A stretch of DNA of 28,648 nucleotides, taken from assembly GCA_043784585.1 (NCBI GenBank), contig JAYVYF010000192.1, forward strand, positions 1 through 28,648, given 5' to 3'. A program made the position numbers and the translations under genes. Positions 8,599 through 16,853 of the stretch are shown piece after piece. Source of the stretch: Burkholderiales bacterium (lineage in GTDB: Bacteria > Pseudomonadota > Gammaproteobacteria > Burkholderiales > Usitatibacteraceae). Position 1 is the stretch's first letter, and every line of letters starts with the position of its first letter. A model generated the notes under the pieces. It searched no databases. It saw only the letters and a program-made list of their open reading frames with translations, and was not told the DNA's origin.

Positions 8599-9771
8599 AT
8601 GAAACGCGAAGCTTTGATCCCGCGCCCCGACTGGCCGAAAAAAATGGAAGACTTGGGTTTTGGTTTCCACTCTATTGACGGCATTTATTGGGATGAGCGC
8701 GCTTGCTATTCGTTTACGGCGGCACAGATTGATGTATTGGAAACGGCCACTAACGAATGCCACCAGATGTGTATTGCCGCGGCACAGTATGTGATCGATA
8801 AAAAGCTGTATGCAAAATTCGCCATTCCGCCTGAATTTATTCCGCTGATTGAGCGCTCGTGGAGCAACGATGAAGCCACTTTGTTTGGCCGCTTTGATTT
8901 TTCGTGGGACGGTGGTGTGTCAAGCGCTTCTTTGCCTAACGGCATCGCAGATAGCCAGCCTAAAATGCTCGAATACAATGCCGACACCCCGACATCATTG
9001 ATCGAAGCAAGCGTGGCGCAATGGTATTGGCTACAAGAAGTGAAACCTGGCGCGGATCAATTCAACAGCATTCATGAGAAGCTGATTGCACGATTTCAGC
9101 AAATTGCAAAAGAATTAGGAACGACCATTCACTTCACCTGTGTTGGCGACGGCGAGGAAGACCTCGGCAATCTTGAATACCTGCGCGATGCGGCCATGCA
9201 GGCGGGGATAGAGGCTAAATTTATCGACATTGCGCATATTGGCTGGGATGCCATCGCAAAAAAATTCGCAGACGATGAATTTCAGGAAATCAAAACGCTG
9301 TTCAAACTCTACCCCTGGGAATGGATGGTGCGCGAAGCGTTTGGCCGCAATCTGCTTGATAGCGACATGCGCGTCATTGAGCCCGCATGGAAAATGTTGC
9401 TGGCCAATAAAGCGATTTTGCCGATTTTGTGGGAGCTATATCCCGATCACCCTAATTTGCTGCCCGCCTATTTTGAGCCGCAAAAATTCGCTACTGATTT
9501 CGTAAAAAAACCGCTGCTGTCACGCGAAGGTGCGAACGTCACAATTACCTCCAGCCGAGGTGAAATCGCAATACCCGGCGACTATGGTGCCGAAGGTTTT
9601 ATTTATCAGGCATACCATCCTGTGCCAAATTTTCGCGCCAATGGCGAAGACAACTATGCCGTGATTGGCTCGTGGATTATTGGCGATGAACCCGCCGGCA
9701 TTGGCATTCGCGAAGACGAATCGCCCGTCACCAAAAACACCAGCCGTTTTTTGCCGCACTACTTTGAATAG
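8599..9771 (+). CDS. glutathionylspermidine synthase-family ATP-grasp ligase (YgiC/YjfC-like, no amidase domain)
   Basis: 390 aa; LFGRFDF, KMLEYNADTPTSL, FKLYPWEW, IEPAWKMLLANK, KKPLLSREGAN, VIGSWII, GIRED, SRFLPHYF. Confidence 0.92.
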   Translation: MKREALIPRPDWPKKMEDLGFGFHSIDGIYWDERACYSFTAAQIDVLETATNECHQMCIAAAQYVIDKKLYAKFAIPPEFIPLIERSWSNDEATLFGRFDFSWDGGVSSASLPNGIADSQPKMLEYNADTPTSLIEASVAQWYWLQEVKPGADQFNSIHEKLIARFQQIAKELGTTIHFTCVGDGEEDLGNLEYLRDAAMQAGIEAKFIDIAHIGWDAIAKKFADDEFQEIKTLFKLYPWEWMVREAFGRNLLDSDMRVIEPAWKMLLANKAILPILWELYPDHPNLLPAYFEPQKFATDFVKKPLLSREGANVTITSSRGEIAIPGDYGAEGFIYQAYHPVPNFRANGEDNYAVIGSWIIGDEPAGIGIREDESPVTKNTSRFLPHYFE

Positions 9772-9798
9772 TTTTCCAACAACATCGGGAATACAAAA

Positions 9799-10212
9799 AT
9801 GAAACATCAAATCATGGAATCATTTTCCGGCTTCGACGATTTTCTCGTCTATCTTGCCATTGCGTCTTTATTGCTCGCCTGCTTCGTCGCGATTTATATT
9901 CGGATTACGCCTTATCGTGAGATTGGCCTGATCCGCGAGGGCAATATGGCGGCGGCGTTCAGTCTTTCCGGTGCCCTGATCGGCATGGTCATTCCGCTAT
10001 CGAACGCGGTCGAGTACAGCGTGAACCCCGTTGACATGGCGATCTGGGGATTCATCGCGTTGGGCATTCAATTGATCGTATTTGTCATCGCACGGATTGC
10101 GCTGCCAAATATCGTGCAGGATATTCCAGCGGGTAAACAAGCCGCCGGTTTTTTTCTGGGGGCGATCTCGATTGCGGGGGGAATTTTGAATGCGGCTTGT
10201 ATGACCTACTAG
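9799..10212 (+). CDS. DUF350-domain inner-membrane protein (YjfL-like)
   Basis: 137 aa, about 4 TM segments; ITPYRE..LIREGNMAAA and GILNAACM motifs. Confidence 0.88.
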   Translation: MKHQIMESFSGFDDFLVYLAIASLLLACFVAIYIRITPYREIGLIREGNMAAAFSLSGALIGMVIPLSNAVEYSVNPVDMAIWGFIALGIQLIVFVIARIALPNIVQDIPAGKQAAGFFLGAISIAGGILNAACMTY

Positions 10213-10219
10213 ATGGTGG

Positions 10220-11029
10220 TCAGACCGGTTCCGTTTCCGCCTGACCGGGCCGCCATTTCAACAGCCTATTCTCGGCAAACGTGACCACGTAATCAAGCAA
10301 CAGCGCAAACACGGTCAGCACCAAAATACCGGCGAAAACAGTGTTGATATCGAACGTGCCTTCGGCTTGGTGAATCAGATAACCGACCCCGCTTGCACTG
10401 CCTAGATATTCGCCCACCACTGCCCCCACGAATGCCATGCCGACCGATGTATGCAGGCTGGAGAATACCCATGACGTGGCTGACGGCAGATAGACAAAGC
10501 GCAGTAATTGCGCTTTGGATGCACCCAGCATTCGGGCGTTATTCAGGACCACGGGCGAAACTTCCTTCACACCTTGGTAGACGTTAAAAAAGACGATGAA
10601 AAATACCAGGGTGACGCCCAACGCCACTTTCGACCAAATGCCGAGTCCAAACCAAACCATAAAAATGGGGGCCAGGATTACACGTGGCATCGCATTTGCG
10701 GCTTTGATGTAAGGGTCTGCAATTGCGGAGGTCATCGGTGACAAGCCCAGCCACAGGCCAACGCCTAATCCTGACACCGTACCGATAAAAAACGCGAGTG
10801 CTGTTTCTTGCAGCGTGACCCAAAGATGCGAATAGATTTCGCCGCCGGTAAACCAAACCCAAATCGCCTTGAAAATTCGTAACGGCTCACCAAAAAAGAA
10901 AGCGGCTTTATCGTCGTTTTCAAAAACGAAATTGGGAAGAAGGCCGGGCACGGTCAACACGTGCCAAGCACCGAAGATCGCCGCGAGTAAGCCGATTTGA
11001 ATAAGCCATAAAAATCGTTGACGACGCAT
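10220..11029 (-). CDS. ABC transporter permease, NitT/TauT (SsuC-like) family
   Basis: PRVILAPIF..WFGLG, EAA-loop-like NNARMLGASK..YLPS, GAVVGEY; start moved to ATG 11029, just after the upstream stop. Confidence 0.9.
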   Translation of the reverse strand: MRRQRFLWLIQIGLLAAIFGAWHVLTVPGLLPNFVFENDDKAAFFFGEPLRIFKAIWVWFTGGEIYSHLWVTLQETALAFFIGTVSGLGVGLWLGLSPMTSAIADPYIKAANAMPRVILAPIFMVWFGLGIWSKVALGVTLVFFIVFFNVYQGVKEVSPVVLNNARMLGASKAQLLRFVYLPSATSWVFSSLHTSVGMAFVGAVVGEYLGSASGVGYLIHQAEGTFDINTVFAGILVLTVFALLLDYVVTFAENRLLKWRPGQAETEPV

Positions 11030-11034
11030 ATTTT

Positions 11035-11562
11035 TTAGCGTGTTCGAAGCGTTTTGGCGCGTTCGCCGTATTGCTGATAAGCCGGAATCGCGATGGCCGC
11101 AACAATGCCTGAGAGCGGAATAATCAGCGCACAAATCCATGCGCCGATCAATACAGCGGTAGAATTTGGCGTGGTTTTACTGCCCCAGCGGTTGGTCCCG
11201 TTGGTGCCGGGAATAAACAGGAACACGAAGTTAATTAGTGGCACCAGTATAAGAATGCTCAGCCAACCGCTGGTATTGAAATCATGGCTGCGCTGAATCG
11301 TCAGCATAAACTGCATGACCAACAGCGCGATATAAGCCGGAATCATCGCCAAGCCGGCTGTGACCAGAGAGAGTAGAGCGCCGACGCTGATAATGACCAG
11401 CGATAGCCCAACTAAGTAGACAATGTATCGTGCCCGACCCATTCTGCCGCTCACCGAAAAAGCGCTTACTTTCTGCGGCGTATCCTGATCTGTGCCAACG
11501 ATGTTTTCGCTACGAGGCGCGCTATAGGGATTTTGATTTACTGTGGTGACAGGCTCATTCAT
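11035..11562 (-). CDS. DUF805-domain membrane protein
   Basis: NPYSAP, FSVSGRMGRARY, IQRSHDFNTSGW, PGT.G.NRWG; C-terminal AAIAIPAYQQY; SD GGGGAG before ATG 11562. Confidence 0.85.
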   Translation of the reverse strand: MNEPVTTVNQNPYSAPRSENIVGTDQDTPQKVSAFSVSGRMGRARYIVYLVGLSLVIISVGALLSLVTAGLAMIPAYIALLVMQFMLTIQRSHDFNTSGWLSILILVPLINFVFLFIPGTNGTNRWGSKTTPNSTAVLIGAWICALIIPLSGIVAAIAIPAYQQYGERAKTLRTR

Positions 11563-11588
11563 TTGTGCTCCCCTTTCTGAGTGGTGTA

Positions 11589-12404
11589 TCAAATGCTGCA
11601 CAGCTTATTTTTTGTCTGCTGATAGCCCTTCAAAACTTCTTCCTTCATTGCGCTCCAAATCTGCTCATGCAGCGCCAGAAAACGTGGCGTCATGCGAATC
11701 TCGGCCACGTCGCGCGGTCGCGGCAAGTCAATCATAAATTCACCAATGGGATGGGTGCCCGGCCCGGCGGCTAGAACAATCACGCGATCTGATAGTGAAA
11801 TCGCCTCTTCCAGATCATGCGTAATAAACAGTACGGATTTTTTATCAGCCTCCCACAATTGCAACAGCTCATTTTCCATTAACTGCCGCGTCTGAATATC
11901 GAGTGCCGAAAACGGCTCGTCCATCAGCATTATTTTGGGGTCCAGAATCAGCATTTGCGCGAGCGCCACGCGCTTGCGCATACCGCCTGATAGCTGATGC
12001 GGATAGCGTGCACCAAAGCCTGCAAGGCCGACGCGGGCGAGCCAATCTTCGCCGCGTCGCCGTGCTTCTGCAGTCGCGACACCGCGAAATTGCAAACCTG
12101 CGGTGACGTTATCGAGCGCCGAGCGCCACGGCATGAGCGATTCGGCTTGGAACATATAGCCCGCTTGCGCGTTGATGCCGACGATTGGTTCGCCAAATAT
12201 TTTTACCTCCCCCGACGATGCACGTAGCAATCCTGCGGCGATGTTGAGCAGCGTCGATTTGCCACACCCGGTGGGGCCCACTACCGATACAAATTCACCG
12301 TCAGCAATCGCTAGCGTGGTGTCGCGCACCGCGCAGTAGCCAGCACCGCCCGATGGTGTGGCGAAGGTGACGGACAGATTTTGCAAGCTAAGCGCGGGCT
12401 TCAT
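11589..12404 (-). CDS. ABC transporter ATP-binding protein, NitT/TauT family
   Basis: Walker A GPTGCGKST, signature LSGGM, Walker B LMDEPF, H-loop ITHD. Confidence 0.95.
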   Translation of the reverse strand: MKPALSLQNLSVTFATPSGGAGYCAVRDTTLAIADGEFVSVVGPTGCGKSTLLNIAAGLLRASSGEVKIFGEPIVGINAQAGYMFQAESLMPWRSALDNVTAGLQFRGVATAEARRRGEDWLARVGLAGFGARYPHQLSGGMRKRVALAQMLILDPKIMLMDEPFSALDIQTRQLMENELLQLWEADKKSVLFITHDLEEAISLSDRVIVLAAGPGTHPIGEFMIDLPRPRDVAEIRMTPRFLALHEQIWSAMKEEVLKGYQQTKNKLCSI

Positions 12405-12431
12405 GCAAAAATTAATTCAAATCGCTAGCAA

Positions 12432-12473
12432 CGGCGGGCGTTATGGCGCATTTATCTGCCACAACACCCGCCG
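12432..12473 (-). other. intercistronic RNA hairpin between the substrate-binding and ATPase genes
   Basis: 16-bp stem; two apparent mismatches on the + strand (C/A, A/C) become G.U pairs only on the transcribed minus strand. Confidence 0.6.
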
Positions 12474-12500
12474 GTATTAGTGTTTGATATTGTGATGCCA

Positions 12501-13571
12501 CTATTTGTACTTTGCGCCTGCTTTTACTGCAAACGAATTATCGAAAGTCGATTCAAGCTTGATTGTACCGGCGGCCGACGCAGCCACCACGGATGGCTCG
12601 AACTGTTTCAGCACGACGTAAACATTGTTGGCTGCTTTCAACCTCATTTGCCCGTCGGTCGAATAGCCGATCATATTTTTCAAAAGCGCTTGTTTGTAGA
12701 TCGAGCGATTGCCCGCCAGGTAGGCTTCAGGCACGACGGCCATGATTTGTTCTGGTGTGGCTTTGGCAATCCAGCGCAGCGCCCGCACCATCGCGTTCAC
12801 CGCAGCTTGCGTGGTGGCCGGATTTTTCTTGATGAAGTCTTCATTTGCATATAAGCACGACGCCAGATAATCGCCGCCGTAAAATTCTTTCATGCCTTTC
12901 TCAGTGCGGCTGTCGGCGACGACCACATACTTGCCGGTCGCCTCAAGTTGGGTGATAACCGGATCAAGATTCGCTATCCCATCCAGCTCGCCTTTATCGA
13001 TTGCGGCCACCGCACCTGCGCCCGCGCCCACGCCAACAATGGATACGTCAGACGGCTTTAAACCCTCTTTTGCCAACAGGTTATTGATGAACATGTTGGT
13101 TGAAGAACCTGGCGCGGTCACACCAATTTTCAGGCCCTTTAAATCTTTTGCGGATTTGTATTTTGCCGCTTTGTCCTTCGGCATGACCAATGCAATGGAG
13201 GAAAAATTTGCCTGCAACACCACGGCTTTAATGGACTGTTTTTTTGCTTGCATATTAATGGTGTGTTCAAACGCACCCGACACCATATCGGCGCTGCCCC
13301 CGACCAGCGCTTGCAAGGCTTTGGCACCGCCCGCGAAATCCGGAATTTCCACTTCAAGGCCTTCGTCCTTGAAATAGCCTTGGCGTTCTGCAATGGTCAG
13401 CGGCAGATAATAAAAAAGGCTTTTACCACCCACCGCGATGGTGATTTTTTTCTTTTCCAAGGCTTGTGCAAAAGCGCCATTGCTCGATAAAACAAAAATG
13501 CCAATTGCTGTTGATGCAATTGTTCTTGATACGAATGCACGCGTGAACAGATTAATTATTTTTCTAAGCAT
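12501..13571 (-). CDS. ABC transporter substrate-binding protein, NMT1/THI5-like (NitT/TauT)
   Basis: Signal peptide ending AFA; VGGKSLFYYLPLTIAE..GYFKDEGL, GGAKALQAL, KIGVTAPGSST; SD GGGGGA. Confidence 0.9.
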   Translation of the reverse strand: MLRKIINLFTRAFVSRTIASTAIGIFVLSSNGAFAQALEKKKITIAVGGKSLFYYLPLTIAERQGYFKDEGLEVEIPDFAGGAKALQALVGGSADMVSGAFEHTINMQAKKQSIKAVVLQANFSSIALVMPKDKAAKYKSAKDLKGLKIGVTAPGSSTNMFINNLLAKEGLKPSDVSIVGVGAGAGAVAAIDKGELDGIANLDPVITQLEATGKYVVVADSRTEKGMKEFYGGDYLASCLYANEDFIKKNPATTQAAVNAMVRALRWIAKATPEQIMAVVPEAYLAGNRSIYKQALLKNMIGYSTDGQMRLKAANNVYVVLKQFEPSVVAASAAGTIKLESTFDNSFAVKAGAKYK

Positions 13572-13591
13572 GATTCCCCCGTACGAAATTG

Positions 13592-14539
13592 TTATGCTGT
13601 GTAAAGCTTCTCTGGCACCGGATGCAAATGCATCGTCTTACCCGCCTTCATGACTTGCCCAGGTACATCGTGACCGACAATGGCTGGAATTTTCACGGCG
13701 GCGGCTAGTAACTTATCAAGATCGATTCCTGTATCCAGCCCCATATCTTGCAGCATATTGACCAAATCCTCCGTACAAATATTGCCAGTGGCACCGGGCG
13801 CAAATGGACAGCCACCGAGCCCCGCAATCGAGGCGTCGTAATGCACCACACCCGCTGCGATCCCGGCGACAACATTAGCCAAGCCCATGCCGCGCGTGTT
13901 GTGGAAATGCAGCGTAATTTCTATATCGGAAAAACGTTGTTTAGCGTCGCGCATCATGCGCTCGACCTGGCGCGGGTTTGCCATGCCGGTGGTATCTGCG
14001 AACGTCAAACTATCGAAGCCAATCGCCAAGTATTTTTCGGCGATTTCCATGACACGCGCGTCCGACACCACGCCCTCAAACGGGCAGCCGAATGAAGTGG
14101 ACACCGTTCCATTCGTGCGAATGCCAACGCGCTTGGCCATCGGCACCATCTCCGCAAAATCTTGCAAGGATTGCGCCGTCGTGCGTTTCACATTCGCCAT
14201 GTTGTGGGTTTCAGACGCCGACATGAATAGATTCATTTCATCAATGGCAGCACCCGATTGATGGCAGGCAATCGCCCGATCCATACCCTTGATGTTGGGT
14301 GCCAGCGCCGTATATCGGACCCCGGCCATACGCTGAATATTTGCCAGTACCGTTTCCGCATCTGCCATGTTGGGCACAAATTTTGGATGTACGAATGAGG
14401 TGGCTTCGATCTTCGCCAAACCGGTTTTGGATAGCTGGTCGATAAACGCAATTTTAGTTTCAGTCGGAATAAAACTTTTCTCGATCTGAAAACCATCGCG
14501 TACGCCGACGTCGTTGATGTAAATGCGTTGCTTAAACAT
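13592..14539 (-). CDS. hydroxymethylglutaryl-CoA lyase-family enzyme (DRE-TIM)
   Basis: DVGVRDGFQ, HFHNTRGMGLAN, GLGGCPFAPGATGNICTEDLV; start set at ATG 14539 with GGAG upstream. Confidence 0.9.
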   Translation of the reverse strand: MFKQRIYINDVGVRDGFQIEKSFIPTETKIAFIDQLSKTGLAKIEATSFVHPKFVPNMADAETVLANIQRMAGVRYTALAPNIKGMDRAIACHQSGAAIDEMNLFMSASETHNMANVKRTTAQSLQDFAEMVPMAKRVGIRTNGTVSTSFGCPFEGVVSDARVMEIAEKYLAIGFDSLTFADTTGMANPRQVERMMRDAKQRFSDIEITLHFHNTRGMGLANVVAGIAAGVVHYDASIAGLGGCPFAPGATGNICTEDLVNMLQDMGLDTGIDLDKLLAAAVKIPAIVGHDVPGQVMKAGKTMHLHPVPEKLYTA

Positions 14540-14925
14540 GTTCAAAATTCTCCAATTTTGCGGCGGCACGATCAAAAGTTAATGTTGTCACGCAGCCAGC
14601 CTGCATATTTCTTGCGGCCAACAGGCAATCAGCAAAACCCACGTGACTTGACCTGAAATCGTGAAGCGCCTGCTGCACGATTTCCTTTTTTTCGAACACA
14701 AACTGTTGTACTTCGAGCAGCCCACTTATTGCGTTCAGCACCATAGCCCGTGAAAATTTATAGTTACTTTCTAGGACACAAAAATTCGCTCAACACAATG
14801 TTATTAATAAATATCTCATCATTAGCCTCAACTGCCTTGATAATTCTTGCCTCAATCGCGGCGTGCTCTCTAACCTGATCGCGCATCGAATAGCGAAGTA
14901 GACAACGGGTGTCAATACCCATCAT
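14532..14925 (-). pseudogene. vapC: PIN-domain (VapC-like) toxin with a frameshift
   Basis: ATG 14925: MMGIDTRCLLRY..IFINNIVLSEFL, then a frame change near 14776-14780 into VLESNYKFSRAMVLNA..GFADCLL..TLTFD; the span is 394 nt (not a multiple of 3); PIN acidic residues D/E/D/D are visible across the two frames. Confidence 0.85.
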
Positions 14926-15197
14926 TTGCGGCGCGCCTGGTTCGGCAAGGGGAATTTTTCACGCATACGTTTGGCAGTGCCTTCATTCATTTCTTCAACC
15001 GAAATGGGTGAGTCCTTGTAAAGGTGCGAAAGGAAGCCGGATAGCTCGCGTACATCTGTGTTGGCGGGCTTGAGGCGGTATCCGCCGATGCTATCCCGCA
15101 CAAAATCAACCTTGTCACCAGGCTTGAGCTTAAGCTCGTCGCGCAGCACCTTAAGCAGCGTCAGCTGGCCTTTACTGGTCAATGTGGCTGTGGCAAT
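14922..15197 (-). CDS. AbrB/MazE/SpoVT-family antitoxin (VapB-like), start codon probably ATT or mutated
   Basis: xATATLTSKGQLTL.K.LRDEL.LKPGDKVDF; AAGGA SD lies 5 nt upstream of an in-frame ATT at 15197-15195; stop overlaps the toxin start (ATGA). Confidence 0.8.
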   Translation of the reverse strand: MATATLTSKGQLTLLKVLRDELKLKPGDKVDFVRDSIGGYRLKPANTDVRELSGFLSHLYKDSPISVEEMNEGTAKRMREKFPLPNQARRK

Positions 15198-15201
15198 TGA
15201 G

Positions 15202-15228
15202 TTCCTTACGAAATATCAAAGTAAGGAA
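15202..15228. promoter_or_regulatory. perfect 8-bp inverted repeat, probable TA autorepression operator
   Basis: TTCCTTAC-N11-GTAAGGAA directly upstream of the antitoxin, overlapping its SD. Confidence 0.65.
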
Positions 15229-15255
15229 TGAGTCTAAGAAAAATCAACCGTCGTG

Positions 15256-16485
15256 TCAAATGACCCGACGCAACTTCAAAGCCGCCTGTGCCGTAACGTC
15301 ATAACCGAGTGCCGCCAAAATCGCTGCTGTATGCTCTCCCAACTTGGGACCTATCCAGCGCGTTTGTCCCGGTGTTGCAGAAAGCTTTGGCACAATCCCC
15401 GGCAGCAATATTTCAGCGTCGCCGCCAATTTGATGCTTCTCGATCATTCCGCGCGCCTGAAATTGCATGTCTTTCACAATGTCTGCGATTGAATAAATGC
15501 GACCGGCCGGAACATCCGCTTTTTCGAGTACTGCGAGCGCGCCGTCCAGCGAATTCGCCGCCGTCCATTTACCGATTGCATCATCAAGTTCTTTTGTGCG
15601 TGCGGTGCGTCCCGCGTTGTCCGCGAGCGTCGCATCGTTTGCCAAATCAGCGCGGCCAATCGCATGCATCATGCGTTTGAAAATTGAATCACCATTCGCG
15701 CCAATAACGATGTATTGCCCATCGCCGCATAAATAGGTGTTTGACGGCACAATTCCCGGCAGTGCCGCGCCGGTACGCTCACGCACGAAACCGGTCATGC
15801 CAAATTCCGGCAGCATCGATTCCATCATTGAAAAGACTGCCTCATACAACGCCACGTCCACCATCTGTCCGCGTCCCGTGGTGTGGCGATGATGTAGCGC
15901 CATCAAAGCGCCCATGGCTCCGTACATTGCAGCAAGTGAATCCCCAATCGATATGCCGACTCGCACCGGCGCACGGTCCGCGTAGCCGGTGACATAGCGC
16001 ATTCCACCCATTGATTCACCAATCGCGCCGAAGCCGACGCGATCTTTATACGGCCCGGTTTGCCCAAAACCGGAGAGTCGCACCATGATTATTTTGGGAT
16101 TAATCGCCGACAAAGTTTCGTAGTCCAAGCCCCATTTTTCCAATGTGCCGGGACGAAAATTCTCCACCAGAATATCGGCGCTTGCAACGAGTTTACGCAC
16201 AATTTCCTGACCCTCCGCCTTGCGCAAATTGATGGTCACCGATTTTTTATTGCGCGCTTGTGCATACCACCAGAGCGAGGTTTTCGCCTTCCCGTCGTCG
16301 TGCAATTTGCGCCATTTACGCAGCGGATCACCGCCACCACCTTTGTCATCGGCAGGCGCTTCGATCTTGATTACTTCCGCGCCAAATTCTGCCAGCAAGC
16401 GCCCACAAAACGGACCTGCAATCAGTGTGCCCATTTCGATGACTTTTAAGCCCGCAAGCGGCCCGGTATTTTTTGGTTCAGTCAT
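15256..16485 (-). CDS. CaiB/BaiF (family III) CoA transferase
   Basis: LAGLKVIEMG..IAGPF, FGAEVIKIE, ARNKKSVTINL, ENFRPG, SGFGQTGPY, GDSLAAM (catalytic Asp). Confidence 0.93.
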   Translation of the reverse strand: MTEPKNTGPLAGLKVIEMGTLIAGPFCGRLLAEFGAEVIKIEAPADDKGGGGDPLRKWRKLHDDGKAKTSLWWYAQARNKKSVTINLRKAEGQEIVRKLVASADILVENFRPGTLEKWGLDYETLSAINPKIIMVRLSGFGQTGPYKDRVGFGAIGESMGGMRYVTGYADRAPVRVGISIGDSLAAMYGAMGALMALHHRHTTGRGQMVDVALYEAVFSMMESMLPEFGMTGFVRERTGAALPGIVPSNTYLCGDGQYIVIGANGDSIFKRMMHAIGRADLANDATLADNAGRTARTKELDDAIGKWTAANSLDGALAVLEKADVPAGRIYSIADIVKDMQFQARGMIEKHQIGGDAEILLPGIVPKLSATPGQTRWIGPKLGEHTAAILAALGYDVTAQAALKLRRVI

Positions 16486-16772
16486 TTATGGTTTTGCGTA
16501 CGTCAATGATTAGCTTCGCATATTGCCACTAATAGAAGACAGGCATTAAATGTTGCGACAAAAATGCAGCTAGTTACCCGCCTACAAAATATATAGTGCT
16601 TTCCCTACAAGTTGCAAATCCCAACCTTTTTGAAGGTCCGTCAGGTTCACATTGGCGTGATTTTGCCCCGAGGACCTGCTGCCGCAGCAGCTATAGCAAA
16701 GAGCGCGATTTGTAGCTTTCTGAGTGACGCTTCCGTGGGCAAAAATATTTGCCGACACCGTTTCGCCGACTA

Positions 16773-16797
16773 CATCCAATCGCGATCCTCGTGCGTA
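16773..16797 (+). promoter_or_regulatory. possible ECF-sigma promoter CATCC-N16-CGTA
   Basis: CATCC 16773-16777 and CGTA 16794-16797, about 56 nt before the DUF4331 ATG; resembles the SigK-like ECF consensus as recalled. Confidence 0.4.
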
Positions 16798-16853
16798 CAC
16801 TCCGCAGCGACACGTCGTAGTTCCATCAAAACCAACTCTTCCAAGGAGTACAC

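Noticed and set aside
10213-10219. Convergent DUF350 and permease genes only 7 nt apart with no terminator
   Set aside because: Common arrangement; antisense regulation cannot be supported from sequence alone
16500-16760. Riboswitch or small ORFs (72-81 aa) in the CoA-transferase/DUF4331 spacer; RegA-like TGCGACA at about 16554
   Set aside because: No cobalamin, c-di-GMP or other recognisable aptamer core; ORFs lack an SD and recognisable motifs; the second RegA half-site does not fit
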